Assembly: GCA_045594305.1 (NCBI GenBank)
Contig: JAZNYH010000034.1
Span: 484 to 64,483, forward strand
From: Eubacteriales bacterium
Lineage (GTDB): Bacteria > Bacillota > Clostridia > Oscillospirales > CAG-272
Direction of reading: 5' to 3'
DNA: 64,000 nt
Part shown: in pieces, positions 9,253-16,315 of the stretch
How positions within the stretch are numbered: the first letter of the stretch is position 1
Layout of the letters: every line of letters starts with the position of its first letter
Notes under the pieces: model-generated
Told to the model about the DNA's origin: nothing
Databases searched by the model: none
The model's input: only the letters and a program-made list of their open reading frames with translations
Made by a program: the position numbers and the translations under genes

Positions 9253-10227
9253 TCAATCCCCAATGGGATAGGAGATGACCTTGTCGGCAAAGAAGAGCTT
9301 GCCGACGATGTACTTGTTGCACGCCGATTCAAAGCTGACGATCACGCGGTTACCCACGACGTCCAGATCCTCGCTGAAGGCGGGCATTTTCAGCGTCTTT
9401 TGATGGTTGGAGGAGTCGAGATAATAGAGAGGTACGTCCTTGCCCGAAACGCCGATCGTTTTGCCGCTGTCCTTCAGTCCTTCATAAAACTCAAGCGTGG
9501 AGGAGTTGAGTGCCCAGGAGCGAGAGAGCATATATACGTCGTCTTTTACGGCAAAGCCTTGTACAAGTCCCGTGACCGAGATCGAATACAACGGATATTC
9601 GTCGGCAATCGAGCCGTCCTCACTGAGTGGATAGCAGGAGATCAGTGCACGGTGCTCGTCGCCCGCGGGGGTAGTGTAGCTGTGGGAGAGATCGATCTCG
9701 TATTTGTCGGCGATGTAAAATTCACCCACATAGATATGTGTTTCGTTGGCAAAGCAGAAGGATGCCTCAGTGTCCACGGGGAAGATGCCCGTAGGTGCGA
9801 CCTTGTCGCCGTCCTTGGCATTTTTTAACTCGGAGAGCGAGAAGATATACAGCTTGCCCTCGCTTGCAATGTAAACGAAGTCCTTGGCACTCGTAATTCC
9901 GCCGCCGTGACCTACCAGAGCCTTGCCGTTTTGGTCAACCGGCAGGATCTGCTTTCCAACACCGTTCTGTGAGAGATAGAGCGAGAGCATGTTGTCGCCG
10001 TGGTAGCCCGAGAAGAGATAGGTGTCGCCCTCTACATGATCCAACCCTTGCGGCACGTAGCCCTCATGGATGCCGGGAATGGTGCAAACGGTTTCCTTGT
10101 TGTCCATGTAGTCGGGGTAGACGATCAGCTTTGCAATCAAGAGACCGATCCACGCCACCAAAAGCAACATGAGCAAAGAGAATAACAAATGGAGCAAAAT
10201 TGCGCCAAGCTTTTTCAATATTTTCAT
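9253..10227 (-). CDS. Hypothetical membrane-anchored protein
   Basis: RBS AAGGAG lies before MKILKKLGAILLHLLFSLLMLLLVAWIGLLIA, a single N-terminal TM helix. GC-rich codon usage matches the left block. Confidence 0.65.
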   Translation of the reverse strand: MKILKKLGAILLHLLFSLLMLLLVAWIGLLIAKLIVYPDYMDNKETVCTIPGIHEGYVPQGLDHVEGDTYLFSGYHGDNMLSLYLSQNGVGKQILPVDQNGKALVGHGGGITSAKDFVYIASEGKLYIFSLSELKNAKDGDKVAPTGIFPVDTEASFCFANETHIYVGEFYIADKYEIDLSHSYTTPAGDEHRALISCYPLSEDGSIADEYPLYSISVTGLVQGFAVKDDVYMLSRSWALNSSTLEFYEGLKDSGKTIGVSGKDVPLYYLDSSNHQKTLKMPAFSEDLDVVGNRVIVSFESACNKYIVGKLFFADKVISYPIGD

Positions 10228-10353
10228 AACGATCTCCTTTTGAAGTAATTCGGACTGTATCACCATTATACCAATCATGTGCCCTTTTGTCAACCGATTT
10301 TTGCATAACTTTGCGCCGAAAAAGAAAAAAGTATAATTTTTTTCAATTTTCTA

Positions 10354-10382
10354 TTGACAAAAAAACAAGGTTGTGGTATAAT
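10354..10382 (+). promoter_or_regulatory. Promoter of the tRNA cluster
   Basis: TTGACA (10354-10359), a 17-nt spacer, then TATAAT (10377-10382). Confidence 0.65.
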
Positions 10383-10411
10383 AGCAAGGCACCTGTTGAA
10401 AAACGGGGGAT

Positions 10412-10485
10412 GCGAGTGTAGTTCAATGGTAGAATCCCAGCCTTCCAAGCTGGTCGCGTGGGTTCGATTCCCATCACTCGCTCCA
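10412..10485 (+). tRNA. tRNA-Gly (anticodon TCC)
   Basis: The hand-folded cloverleaf has acceptor GCGAGTG/CACTCGC and anticodon loop CTTCCAA. CCA is encoded. Confidence 0.9.
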
Positions 10486-10486
10486 A

Positions 10487-10520
10487 AGAAATTGCTTCTC
10501 ATTTTCGGGAAGCAATTTCT
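10487..10520 (+). other. Perfect 12-bp stem-loop between tRNA-Gly and the tRNA-Arg-like gene
   Basis: AGAAATTGCTTC (10487-10498) pairs with GAAGCAATTTCT (10509-10520) around a 10-nt loop. There is no T-tract. Confidence 0.6.
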
Positions 10521-10524
10521 TGAT

Positions 10525-10601
<77 letters not shown>

Positions 10602-10615
10602 ATTTTATATATTAT

Positions 10616-10693
10616 GGTGGATGTAGCTCAGTTGGTTAGAGTGCCAGGTTGTGGCCCTGGAGGTCGTCGGTTCGACCCCGATCATCCACCCCA
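10616..10693 (+). tRNA. tRNA-His (anticodon GTG), with the encoded G-1
   Basis: Acceptor GTGGATG/CATCCAC, an extra 5' G opposite C73, anticodon loop TTGTGGC, and encoded CCA. Confidence 0.9.
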
Positions 10694-10714
10694 TTTTTTT
10701 ATTTACATATATTT

Positions 10715-10789
10715 AGGGATGTAGCCAAGCGGTAAGGCAACGGACTTTGACTCCGTCACGCGTGAGTTCGAATCTCGCCATCCCTGCCA
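10715..10789 (+). tRNA. tRNA-Gln (anticodon TTG)
   Basis: Acceptor AGGGATG/CATCCCT, anticodon arm ACGGA-CTTTGAC-TCCGT, and encoded CCA. Confidence 0.9.
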
Positions 10790-10790
10790 A

Positions 10791-10821
10791 AAAATCTCGT
10801 TCCTCAGAACGAGATTTTTTT
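10791..10821 (+). terminator. Intrinsic terminator of the tRNA cluster
   Basis: ATCTCGTTC-CTCA-GAACGAGAT followed by TTTTTT. Confidence 0.8.
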
Positions 10822-10822
10822 A

Positions 10823-10996
10823 TCCATTGCGAAAGCAATGGGATATCATCACGCTTTAGCGTGTATCTCATCACCGAAGGTGTATATCATCAGCCGCAGT
10901 CTGTATTCGCTTTCGCAATGATGATATACAACGGCGAGCCGTTGGTGATATACAATTCCTTTGGAATTGATGATATACACGCCTTCGGCGTGATTT
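10823..10996. repeat. Array of about 7 short hairpins separated by a TATATCAT-type spacer, in mirror-symmetric orientation
   Basis: Examples are CCATTGC-GAAA-GCAATGG, CACGC-TTTA-GCGTG, CAACGG-CGAG-CCGTTG, AATTCC-TTT-GGAATT and CACGCC-TTCG-GCGTG. Spacers read ATATCAT/TATATCAT in the left half and ATGATATAC/GTGATATAC in the right half. Confidence 0.65.
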
Positions 10997-11060
10997 GGCA
11001 CAACGGTCTTGAAATCTCTACGATTTTATGCTATACTAATTCCAGAAAGGCGGTGGGGAT

Positions 11061-11444
11061 ATGAAATGGTTAAAATCAATATTCAAAAAGAAAAAAGTTG
11101 ATATAGCTCCTATGCCTCCTTACGATGAAATTGTAAAATCATTATATGACAAAGAGTTTAATTATCCTGACTCAATTAAAATTTGCCAAGTTATATATAG
11201 CAAGGATAAGTCAAAAAGATTTGTTGTTTTGAAAAGCAACAAAGGCTTTTTTAAGTACGCTTATGAGGAAGTATGCGTTTTTGACGAGCTTGATTGGACT
11301 TCTCATTACGCCTACATAGAGAATATACAACCCGGTTGGTGGGAATCTAAAGATCGTTCGTTTGCTTATTCGTTTTTTGGAACGGAACAAGAAGCGGTTG
11401 AAGCATTAAAACGCGAAACTGAATACAAGCAGTTTTTCGAATAA
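11061..11444 (+). CDS. Hypothetical protein (127 aa), AT-rich orphan
   Basis: RBS GGTGGGG lies before the ATG at 11061. I recognise no family. Confidence 0.55.
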   Translation: MKWLKSIFKKKKVDIAPMPPYDEIVKSLYDKEFNYPDSIKICQVIYSKDKSKRFVVLKSNKGFFKYAYEEVCVFDELDWTSHYAYIENIQPGWWESKDRSFAYSFFGTEQEAVEALKRETEYKQFFE

Positions 11445-11515
11445 ATTTTCCTCGGGTTCAAAACCTTAATACAAAACACAAGAATATCTTTTTCGTAGTC
11501 TTTACACATAAACGG

Positions 11516-11541
11516 AAAAGGCACCACACGGTGCCTTTTTT
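11516..11541. terminator. Bidirectional hairpin terminator
   Basis: AAAAGGCACCACACGGTGCCTTTTTT. This is a near-identical twin of 13348-13374. Confidence 0.7.
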
Positions 11542-11738
11542 GTTTATCACAATATAGAAGGATTTGAACGCAGGCGTTAAGAAACGATTAATAATCGTTT
11601 TAGCCGGTGACCGAAGGATTTTGCAAGGCACTTGCTTTATTCCTGTTTTATGTCCTTGCAAAATTCAAGAGCAATATTCTTCTTCCCTTTTTTATTTTTT
11701 GTATTGACAAATATGTAAAAATCGTGTACAATTACTTA

Positions 11739-11846
11739 CAAGGTAGCGAACTCAACCGAAAGGTTGTTTAAGTCGGCTTTGTTCCGGCCCCGCAGAGCGG
11801 AAACGAAAACGTTTCTGCGCCGAGACATTATTGTCTCGGCTTTTTT
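11739..11846 (+). ncRNA. Candidate small RNA A, with its own promoter and terminator
   Basis: Promoter: TTGACA 11704-11709, 17 nt, TACAAT 11727-11732. Internal hairpins CAACC-GAAA-GGTTG and GAAACG-AAAA-CGTTTC. Terminator GCCGAGACA-TTAT-TGTCTCGGC plus T6. There is no RBS or ATG. Confidence 0.4.
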
Positions 11847-11896
11847 CTTTTTTATTTTGTATTGACAAATGTGTGAAAATAGAGTACAATATTTAC

Positions 11897-11971
11897 GAAA
11901 ACGGCATCCCTGGTCCTTAAATTAACGGGCAAGAGTGTGGAGTCGCACGATTGTGCACCGTTTTCTTTTTT
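11897..11971 (+). ncRNA. Candidate small RNA B
   Basis: Promoter: TTGACA 11862-11867, 17 nt, TACAAT 11885-11890. The closing stem GAAAACGG (11897-11904) / CCGTTTTC (11958-11965) is followed by a T-tract. Inner hairpin GCAC-GATT-GTGC. Confidence 0.4.
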
Positions 11972-12014
11972 ATTTTGTATTGACTTTTAAAAAAGTATAG
12001 TATATATTCTTAAT

Positions 12015-12087
12015 AAGAAGATAAGTGAAGTTACTACATTTAGGTAACTACTGAGGAACTTCCTCAATTGGCTTATCTTCTTTTTTT
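12015..12087 (+). ncRNA. Candidate small RNA C
   Basis: Promoter: TTGACT 11980-11985, 17 nt, TATATT 12003-12008. An 11-bp closing stem, AAGAAGATAAG (12015-12025) / CTTATCTTCTT (12072-12082), encloses two hairpins (AGTTAC...GTAACT and TGAGGAA-C-TTCCTCA). A T-tract follows. Confidence 0.4.
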
Positions 12088-12106
12088 ATTTTGTATTGAT
12101 TTTGTA

Positions 12107-12136
12107 TTGACATTTACATTTAGATAATGGTAAAAT
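12107..12136 (+). promoter_or_regulatory. Fourth copy of the repeated promoter, driving the oxidoreductase gene
   Basis: TTTTGTATTGA is duplicated, followed by TTGACA (12107-12112), 18 nt, then TAAAAT (12131-12136). Confidence 0.5.
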
Positions 12137-12171
12137 GATTGTGGTTATAAAATATATTTTGGAGGGTTTTT

Positions 12172-13335
12172 ATGGCTAAAAAGGATAGTATGAGCATTAT
12201 GAATGAATTCAAAAATGCTCCTAAAAAGGAAACAATCAAATCGGAGAGAAAGCTCAAGGTTGCAATTATCGGTACGGGCTGGATTGCTGATGCGCACATT
12301 AACAGATACAAGGAGATGATCGATGTTGAGGTTGTCGCTCTTGCTGACCTTGTACCCGGTAAGGCTGAAAAATTTGCCGAGAAATGGGAAATTACAGGCG
12401 CTCGTTGCTACCTTTCTCACAAGGAGCTTCTTGATGCTGAAACAGACCTTGATGCAGTTTCTATTTGCACATATAACAGAACACACGCAGAGTGCACAAT
12501 TTATGCTCTTAAAAAGGGTGTAAATGTTCTTTGCGAGAAGCCTATGTCCGTAACTCTTGAGGAAGCGGTTGAAATGCGCCGTGCTGAAAAGGAAAGCGGA
12601 AAAATTCTTTCTATTGGCTTCCAACCAAGAATGGATCCAAATATGAAGAAGATTAAGGAAATCGTAGAGTCCGGCGTGCTTGGTGATATTTACTACATTC
12701 AAACAGGTGGCGGACGCAGAAGAGGTATCCCTACTCCGTTTGGCACAACCTTTATCGAGGACAAGACCGCAGGAATTGGAGCAATGGGTGACATTGGATG
12801 CTACTCTCTTGATATGGTGCTCAATGCTATTGGTTATCCAAAGCCTCTTACTGTAAGTGGATATAAGTCCGATTTCTTTGGAAAGGATCCAAAAACCTAC
12901 CCTTGGCACCCAGAATATGCAGAGGTGTTTGGTGTTGAGGATTTTGCAGCAGGCTTTATCCGTCTTGAGGGTGGAATTATTCTCGACTTCCGTATTGCGT
13001 GGGCTATGAATCTTGACACCCCTGGTGACACTATTATTATGGGCAAGAAGGGCTCTCTCCGTATCCCATCAACAGAGTGCTGGAACGGTTCAGTAGGTGG
13101 ACCTATGAAGGTATATAGCGAGATGGCAGGCTCTCAGGTATGCACAGAAATTCCTATCATTCCTTCTCCTGACATTTTCCACGAAAAGATACGCTCGTTC
13201 CTTGATGCTATAATCACAGGTGGCAAGGCTCCTGTTCCAAGTGAGCAAATCATCATAAACCAAGCTATTATAGATGGTATTATTAAGTCAGCAGAGCTTG
13301 GCAAGGAAATTGAGGTTACTATCCCTGAGGTTTAA
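12172..13335 (+). CDS. Gfo/Idh/MocA family oxidoreductase
   Basis: N-terminal Rossmann motif KVAIIGTGWIADAHI and the EKPMS motif. Confidence 0.85.
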   Translation: MAKKDSMSIMNEFKNAPKKETIKSERKLKVAIIGTGWIADAHINRYKEMIDVEVVALADLVPGKAEKFAEKWEITGARCYLSHKELLDAETDLDAVSICTYNRTHAECTIYALKKGVNVLCEKPMSVTLEEAVEMRRAEKESGKILSIGFQPRMDPNMKKIKEIVESGVLGDIYYIQTGGGRRRGIPTPFGTTFIEDKTAGIGAMGDIGCYSLDMVLNAIGYPKPLTVSGYKSDFFGKDPKTYPWHPEYAEVFGVEDFAAGFIRLEGGIILDFRIAWAMNLDTPGDTIIMGKKGSLRIPSTECWNGSVGGPMKVYSEMAGSQVCTEIPIIPSPDIFHEKIRSFLDAIITGGKAPVPSEQIIINQAIIDGIIKSAELGKEIEVTIPEV

Positions 13336-13347
13336 TTCGGTTATAAT

Positions 13348-13374
13348 AAAAAGGCACCACATGGTGCCTTTTTT
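13348..13374. terminator. Bidirectional hairpin terminator
   Basis: AAAAAGGCACCACATGGTGCCTTTTTT. Confidence 0.75.
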
Positions 13375-14371
13375 AGTCCTTTTTGTACTTTTCTCTATAC
13401 TTTTTTAGAGCGTAATAATGGTAGTTACGCATTGCTATTCCAAGCTTTTTGGGAGATAGAATTAAGGCACTATCGCCAAAACGCTCAAAGTAATAAAGTG
13501 CTTGGTTTGCAGAGCAATTAAAATAATAAATATTGCCCTCTATTTTTTGTGGGATTGGTCTATACAGGTATATCTTTTGAAATAGCTTCTTACCTCTTTC
13601 GCTTAGCTCAACCTTTATGGGCTCATCATCTGATGGATAAAACGGATATTGAACGCCATTTTCAAGCTGTTTTTTAAACAGCTCGATATTTTTTTGCGGT
13701 ATTACTGCCTTACTTGACAAAAGCGAAACCGAGCTTATGCTGGCGAGGCGTACTGTGTGATTATCCTTATCGCTATATGAAAGCAAATAATTAAACAGCT
13801 CATCTCTTGACGAGGCGAGTGCATATAGCGACAAATTATTATACACATGTCCTGTTTTGAGCACGACGCAAGCCTGTACTCCCTTTGAAATTGCTTTATT
13901 TAAAAGCTCAAAATTTTCCTTGTGTATGATTTTTTCTCTATCGTTCTTAGGCTTTTTCGAGTATCTAATGAAAAGCCTTCTATAAAACGATGAGATTGCC
14001 TCATTTTTTATGAGAACATTTTCAATAAAGCTAATCTCTCTTTGTGATTGCTTTGTAGGCTTAAAGGAAAGCGTGGCACTTTCCTTTTTTGTTTTTTCCT
14101 CATCCACGCCTCTCTTAGAAAGAACCTTGACTATTCCCTCAAAGGCACGCATTTTATATTGCTCTGGCACGCAAAAAAGTGCTTCCTTAATTTCATCGTG
14201 TAGCCTCTCCTCGCTCGAAGAAAACTCCTCGTAAAAATTAACAATGAGCGTGTTTATAAAAGCATTAAAATTGCTCTCGCCATTTTCCTTTAATATTTTA
14301 AAGTCCTCGCAATCCTTTTTTAAAAGCAATAGGGTTTGCTTGGGTAGGCTGACCTTTATTTTTTCCTCCAT
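13373..14371 (-). CDS. Putative RHH-WYL domain transcriptional regulator
   Basis: The N-terminus IKVSLPKQTLLLLKKDCEDF...NFNAFINTLIVNFYEEF looks ribbon-helix-helix. The segment LSLYALASSRDELFNYLLSYSDKDNHTVRLASISSVSLL fits the WYL pattern (P..L...WYL......R.FRL.RI). The C-terminal YYFERFGDSALILSPKKL resembles the WYL C-terminal extension. Confidence 0.5.
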   Translation of the reverse strand: MEEKIKVSLPKQTLLLLKKDCEDFKILKENGESNFNAFINTLIVNFYEEFSSSEERLHDEIKEALFCVPEQYKMRAFEGIVKVLSKRGVDEEKTKKESATLSFKPTKQSQREISFIENVLIKNEAISSFYRRLFIRYSKKPKNDREKIIHKENFELLNKAISKGVQACVVLKTGHVYNNLSLYALASSRDELFNYLLSYSDKDNHTVRLASISSVSLLSSKAVIPQKNIELFKKQLENGVQYPFYPSDDEPIKVELSERGKKLFQKIYLYRPIPQKIEGNIYYFNCSANQALYYFERFGDSALILSPKKLGIAMRNYHYYALKKYREKYKKD

Positions 14372-14550
14372 AATATCACCTCTTAAAAATATTGTACACT
14401 AAAAGGGGGCATTTTGTCAATATATAATCGCATAAATACTAAGTTTATATCGTTTTTTAGGGGGCAAAAAATTTTTAAATATTGCCAATTTAATTCGACA
14501 CCATTTTGCAATATAATGGAAATATCAAGAAAAAAGCGAGGTGTTGAAGA

Positions 14551-15021
14551 ATGAAATGGACTTCCTACTACACAATATCTAAGAGCAAAAGCAGATATGA
14601 TATTGTAGAGGTTAATTTGAAAGAAAAAAGCTATTGTCTTTATTTAGGCTGTAATGATTTTGATGCGTGTCTAACTGGCGGAAAGCCTGTATATTTATGT
14701 CGTGAGGAATTTGACAAGGTGCTCTCTGCTTACAAGCAGAGTGAGGTGCTTGATTTGTCGAAATACAACCCCGAGGATTACACTCGCTTTTACAGAGAAA
14801 GCATTTATGATTGCTACACTGTAGATATGATAGAAATCAATTCTGTAACTAAGGAATACACTCTACGCTTTGACATAAGCGATTCAAACACGGACGGGTG
14901 CGATGTGTTGGGGAACGAAATCTACTCTACCTATGTAGGAGATTTGATTTTTGATGCGATTGTAGAGGGTATTAAGATAAGTGGCTTTAAGGAGGTGTCA
15001 GAGTTCAATGACATTTCATGA
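14551..15021 (+). CDS. Hypothetical protein (156 aa) with two copies of a ~70-aa module
   Basis: RBS GAGGTG is present. The C-terminal DLIFDAIVEGIKISGF is paralogous to the next ORF. Confidence 0.6.
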   Translation: MKWTSYYTISKSKSRYDIVEVNLKEKSYCLYLGCNDFDACLTGGKPVYLCREEFDKVLSAYKQSEVLDLSKYNPEDYTRFYRESIYDCYTVDMIEINSVTKEYTLRFDISDSNTDGCDVLGNEIYSTYVGDLIFDAIVEGIKISGFKEVSEFNDIS

Positions 15022-15238
15022 CGGAGAATGCATTGAGATTTTTTGTGCTGTTTCCGAGCTCGATTCTAACACATGCGATTATCTTTTCGTATCCGAGCTA
15101 CAAGAAGGAGAATATTTCTTATTAAAACAGCAACGCCCTTTTTTTGATGTTGAAATCACAAATCGTGCAATTTTCGATGCGATAGTGAGTGGACTTCAAA
15201 AATTAGGCTTAAAGCAAAGAGAGCTAAAAATAATTTGA
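15008..15238 (+). CDS. Hypothetical protein (76 aa), a single copy of the same module
   Basis: RBS AAGGAGGTG lies 9 nt before the ATG at 15008, which overlaps the upstream stop by 14 nt. RAIFDAIVSGLQKLGL matches the ORF1 C-terminus. Confidence 0.55.
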   Translation: MTFHDGECIEIFCAVSELDSNTCDYLFVSELQEGEYFLLKQQRPFFDVEITNRAIFDAIVSGLQKLGLKQRELKII

Positions 15239-15263
15239 CAATTATAAAAAAGGAGATGATTAT

Positions 15264-16259
15264 ATGACTTACACAGTACCAAAAAAGGTTTTCTCAAAGA
15301 ATAGCGTAATACAAAAAATGGAAATCCATTTTCTAAATGGAGATTTTGTAACCATTAGAAAAAATGAAATTTGCAATATCTCGATAGCCTTCTACGATAT
15401 GCTATTTAGGCACAAGGATAAGCTTTATCCTATTGCCCGCAATGGATTTGTAAAGCTTAGAATACAAGACGGAAAAGCAAAGCACGAGAAAATCTCATTA
15501 CACAATGAGCACGAATACAAATCGGGAAGAAAGAGTTACATAGAGCACAGATGTCTCTGCGAGGAGCCTATCAAGTTCATAAAGCTATACAACCAAAACA
15601 ACTGGTCAGACAATATCTATGGCGATATTCAAGTGGTATTAGAGGGCTATTATCTCTTCTTGAAATTCAAGCCAAACGATACACTTGGCCCTTGGGAGAG
15701 CGATGAGCATTTTGTTAATTTGGCTCACCCATCTAAGGATCAAATCTTTAAGATGAGATTGGACTTTGAAAACTGCGATGGCATCGATGTCTACAACTCC
15801 GAAATTATTGATATGAACTTAGCTTTCGACAAAAGGCTCGAATGGATAAGCTCTGGCTACACACGCACTGTAAGAGGTGGATTTATAAAAATTAAGCTTA
15901 GTGAGGACTTTGATTGTAGGTACTTTAATATTTTCAATGACGGAAAAAGAGTGAAATTGAAGCATCTCGAAAGGCGAATTTGCGGAAACGGGCGTGATTC
16001 GGTTGACATTTGCAATTTATATCTTGATTTTTATTGTGGGTATGAATTGAGTGGAGAGCACATATGTGTTGATAGCATTTATCGAACCTATGATGATAGG
16101 CTCGATCCATACGCCGACTTTGACTCGCATTATTACGACAGCATTGACTATGAGGATGAGGGCGAGGACGACGATGATGACTATTACGAGTGCTTTGAAA
16201 GTGGCTTTGCACAAAGGCTTGATGACGGCTCAATTAAGATTGTTTTTGGCAAGCCATAA
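15264..16259 (+). CDS. Hypothetical protein (331 aa) with an internal duplication and an acidic, aromatic C-terminal tail
   Basis: RBS AAGGAGA is present. IQKMEIHFLNGDFVTIRKNEICNISIAF aligns with IFKMRLDFENCDGIDVYNSEIIDMNLAF. The tail reads YEDEGEDDDDDYYECFESGF. Confidence 0.6.
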   Translation: MTYTVPKKVFSKNSVIQKMEIHFLNGDFVTIRKNEICNISIAFYDMLFRHKDKLYPIARNGFVKLRIQDGKAKHEKISLHNEHEYKSGRKSYIEHRCLCEEPIKFIKLYNQNNWSDNIYGDIQVVLEGYYLFLKFKPNDTLGPWESDEHFVNLAHPSKDQIFKMRLDFENCDGIDVYNSEIIDMNLAFDKRLEWISSGYTRTVRGGFIKIKLSEDFDCRYFNIFNDGKRVKLKHLERRICGNGRDSVDICNLYLDFYCGYELSGEHICVDSIYRTYDDRLDPYADFDSHYYDSIDYEDEGEDDDDDYYECFESGFAQRLDDGSIKIVFGKP

Positions 16260-16287
16260 AAGCCATAGCAAGCGTGCTATAACAAAG

Positions 16288-16315
16288 AAAGAACCGACAT
16301 TGTCGGTTCTTTTTT
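16288..16315. terminator. Bidirectional terminator
   Basis: GAACCGAC-ATT-GTCGGTTC flanked by an A-run and a T-run. Confidence 0.7.

Noticed and set aside
4018-9828. Long antisense or alternative-frame ORFs in the GC-rich block (4018-4677-, 4547-5557+, 5946-6641-, 7449-8117-, 9223-9828+)
   Set aside because: Each is fully embedded in a motif-bearing gene on the other strand or in another frame (trpS, the GT4 transferase, the M3-like peptidase, GDPD, the membrane protein). None has a recognisable motif.
10747-11064. A 105-aa ORF starting inside tRNA-Gln and spanning the hairpin array
   Set aside because: It begins within a tRNA gene, crosses that gene's terminator, and its sequence is simply the translated hairpin/spacer repeat.
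11545-11690. A tRNA fragment or known ncRNA, suggested by GGATTTGAAC and an 11-bp ATTTTGCAAGG/CCTTGCAAAAT stem
   Set aside because: I could not build a cloverleaf or T-arm pairing, and there is no clear promoter. I left it unannotated as a structured intergenic segment.
11688-12136. Possible CRISPR array, because of regularly recurring repeats
   Set aside because: The repeats are AT-rich promoter-like sequences with -35/-10 boxes. The spacing is irregular (about 118-158 nt). The spacers end in terminators, and no cas genes are present.
10790-12171. An integrative element inserted at the 3' end of tRNA-Gln
   Set aside because: There is no integrase, excisionase or transposase, and I could find no direct repeat of the tRNA 3' end downstream. 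The AT-rich composition continues through housekeeping genes for 50 kb.
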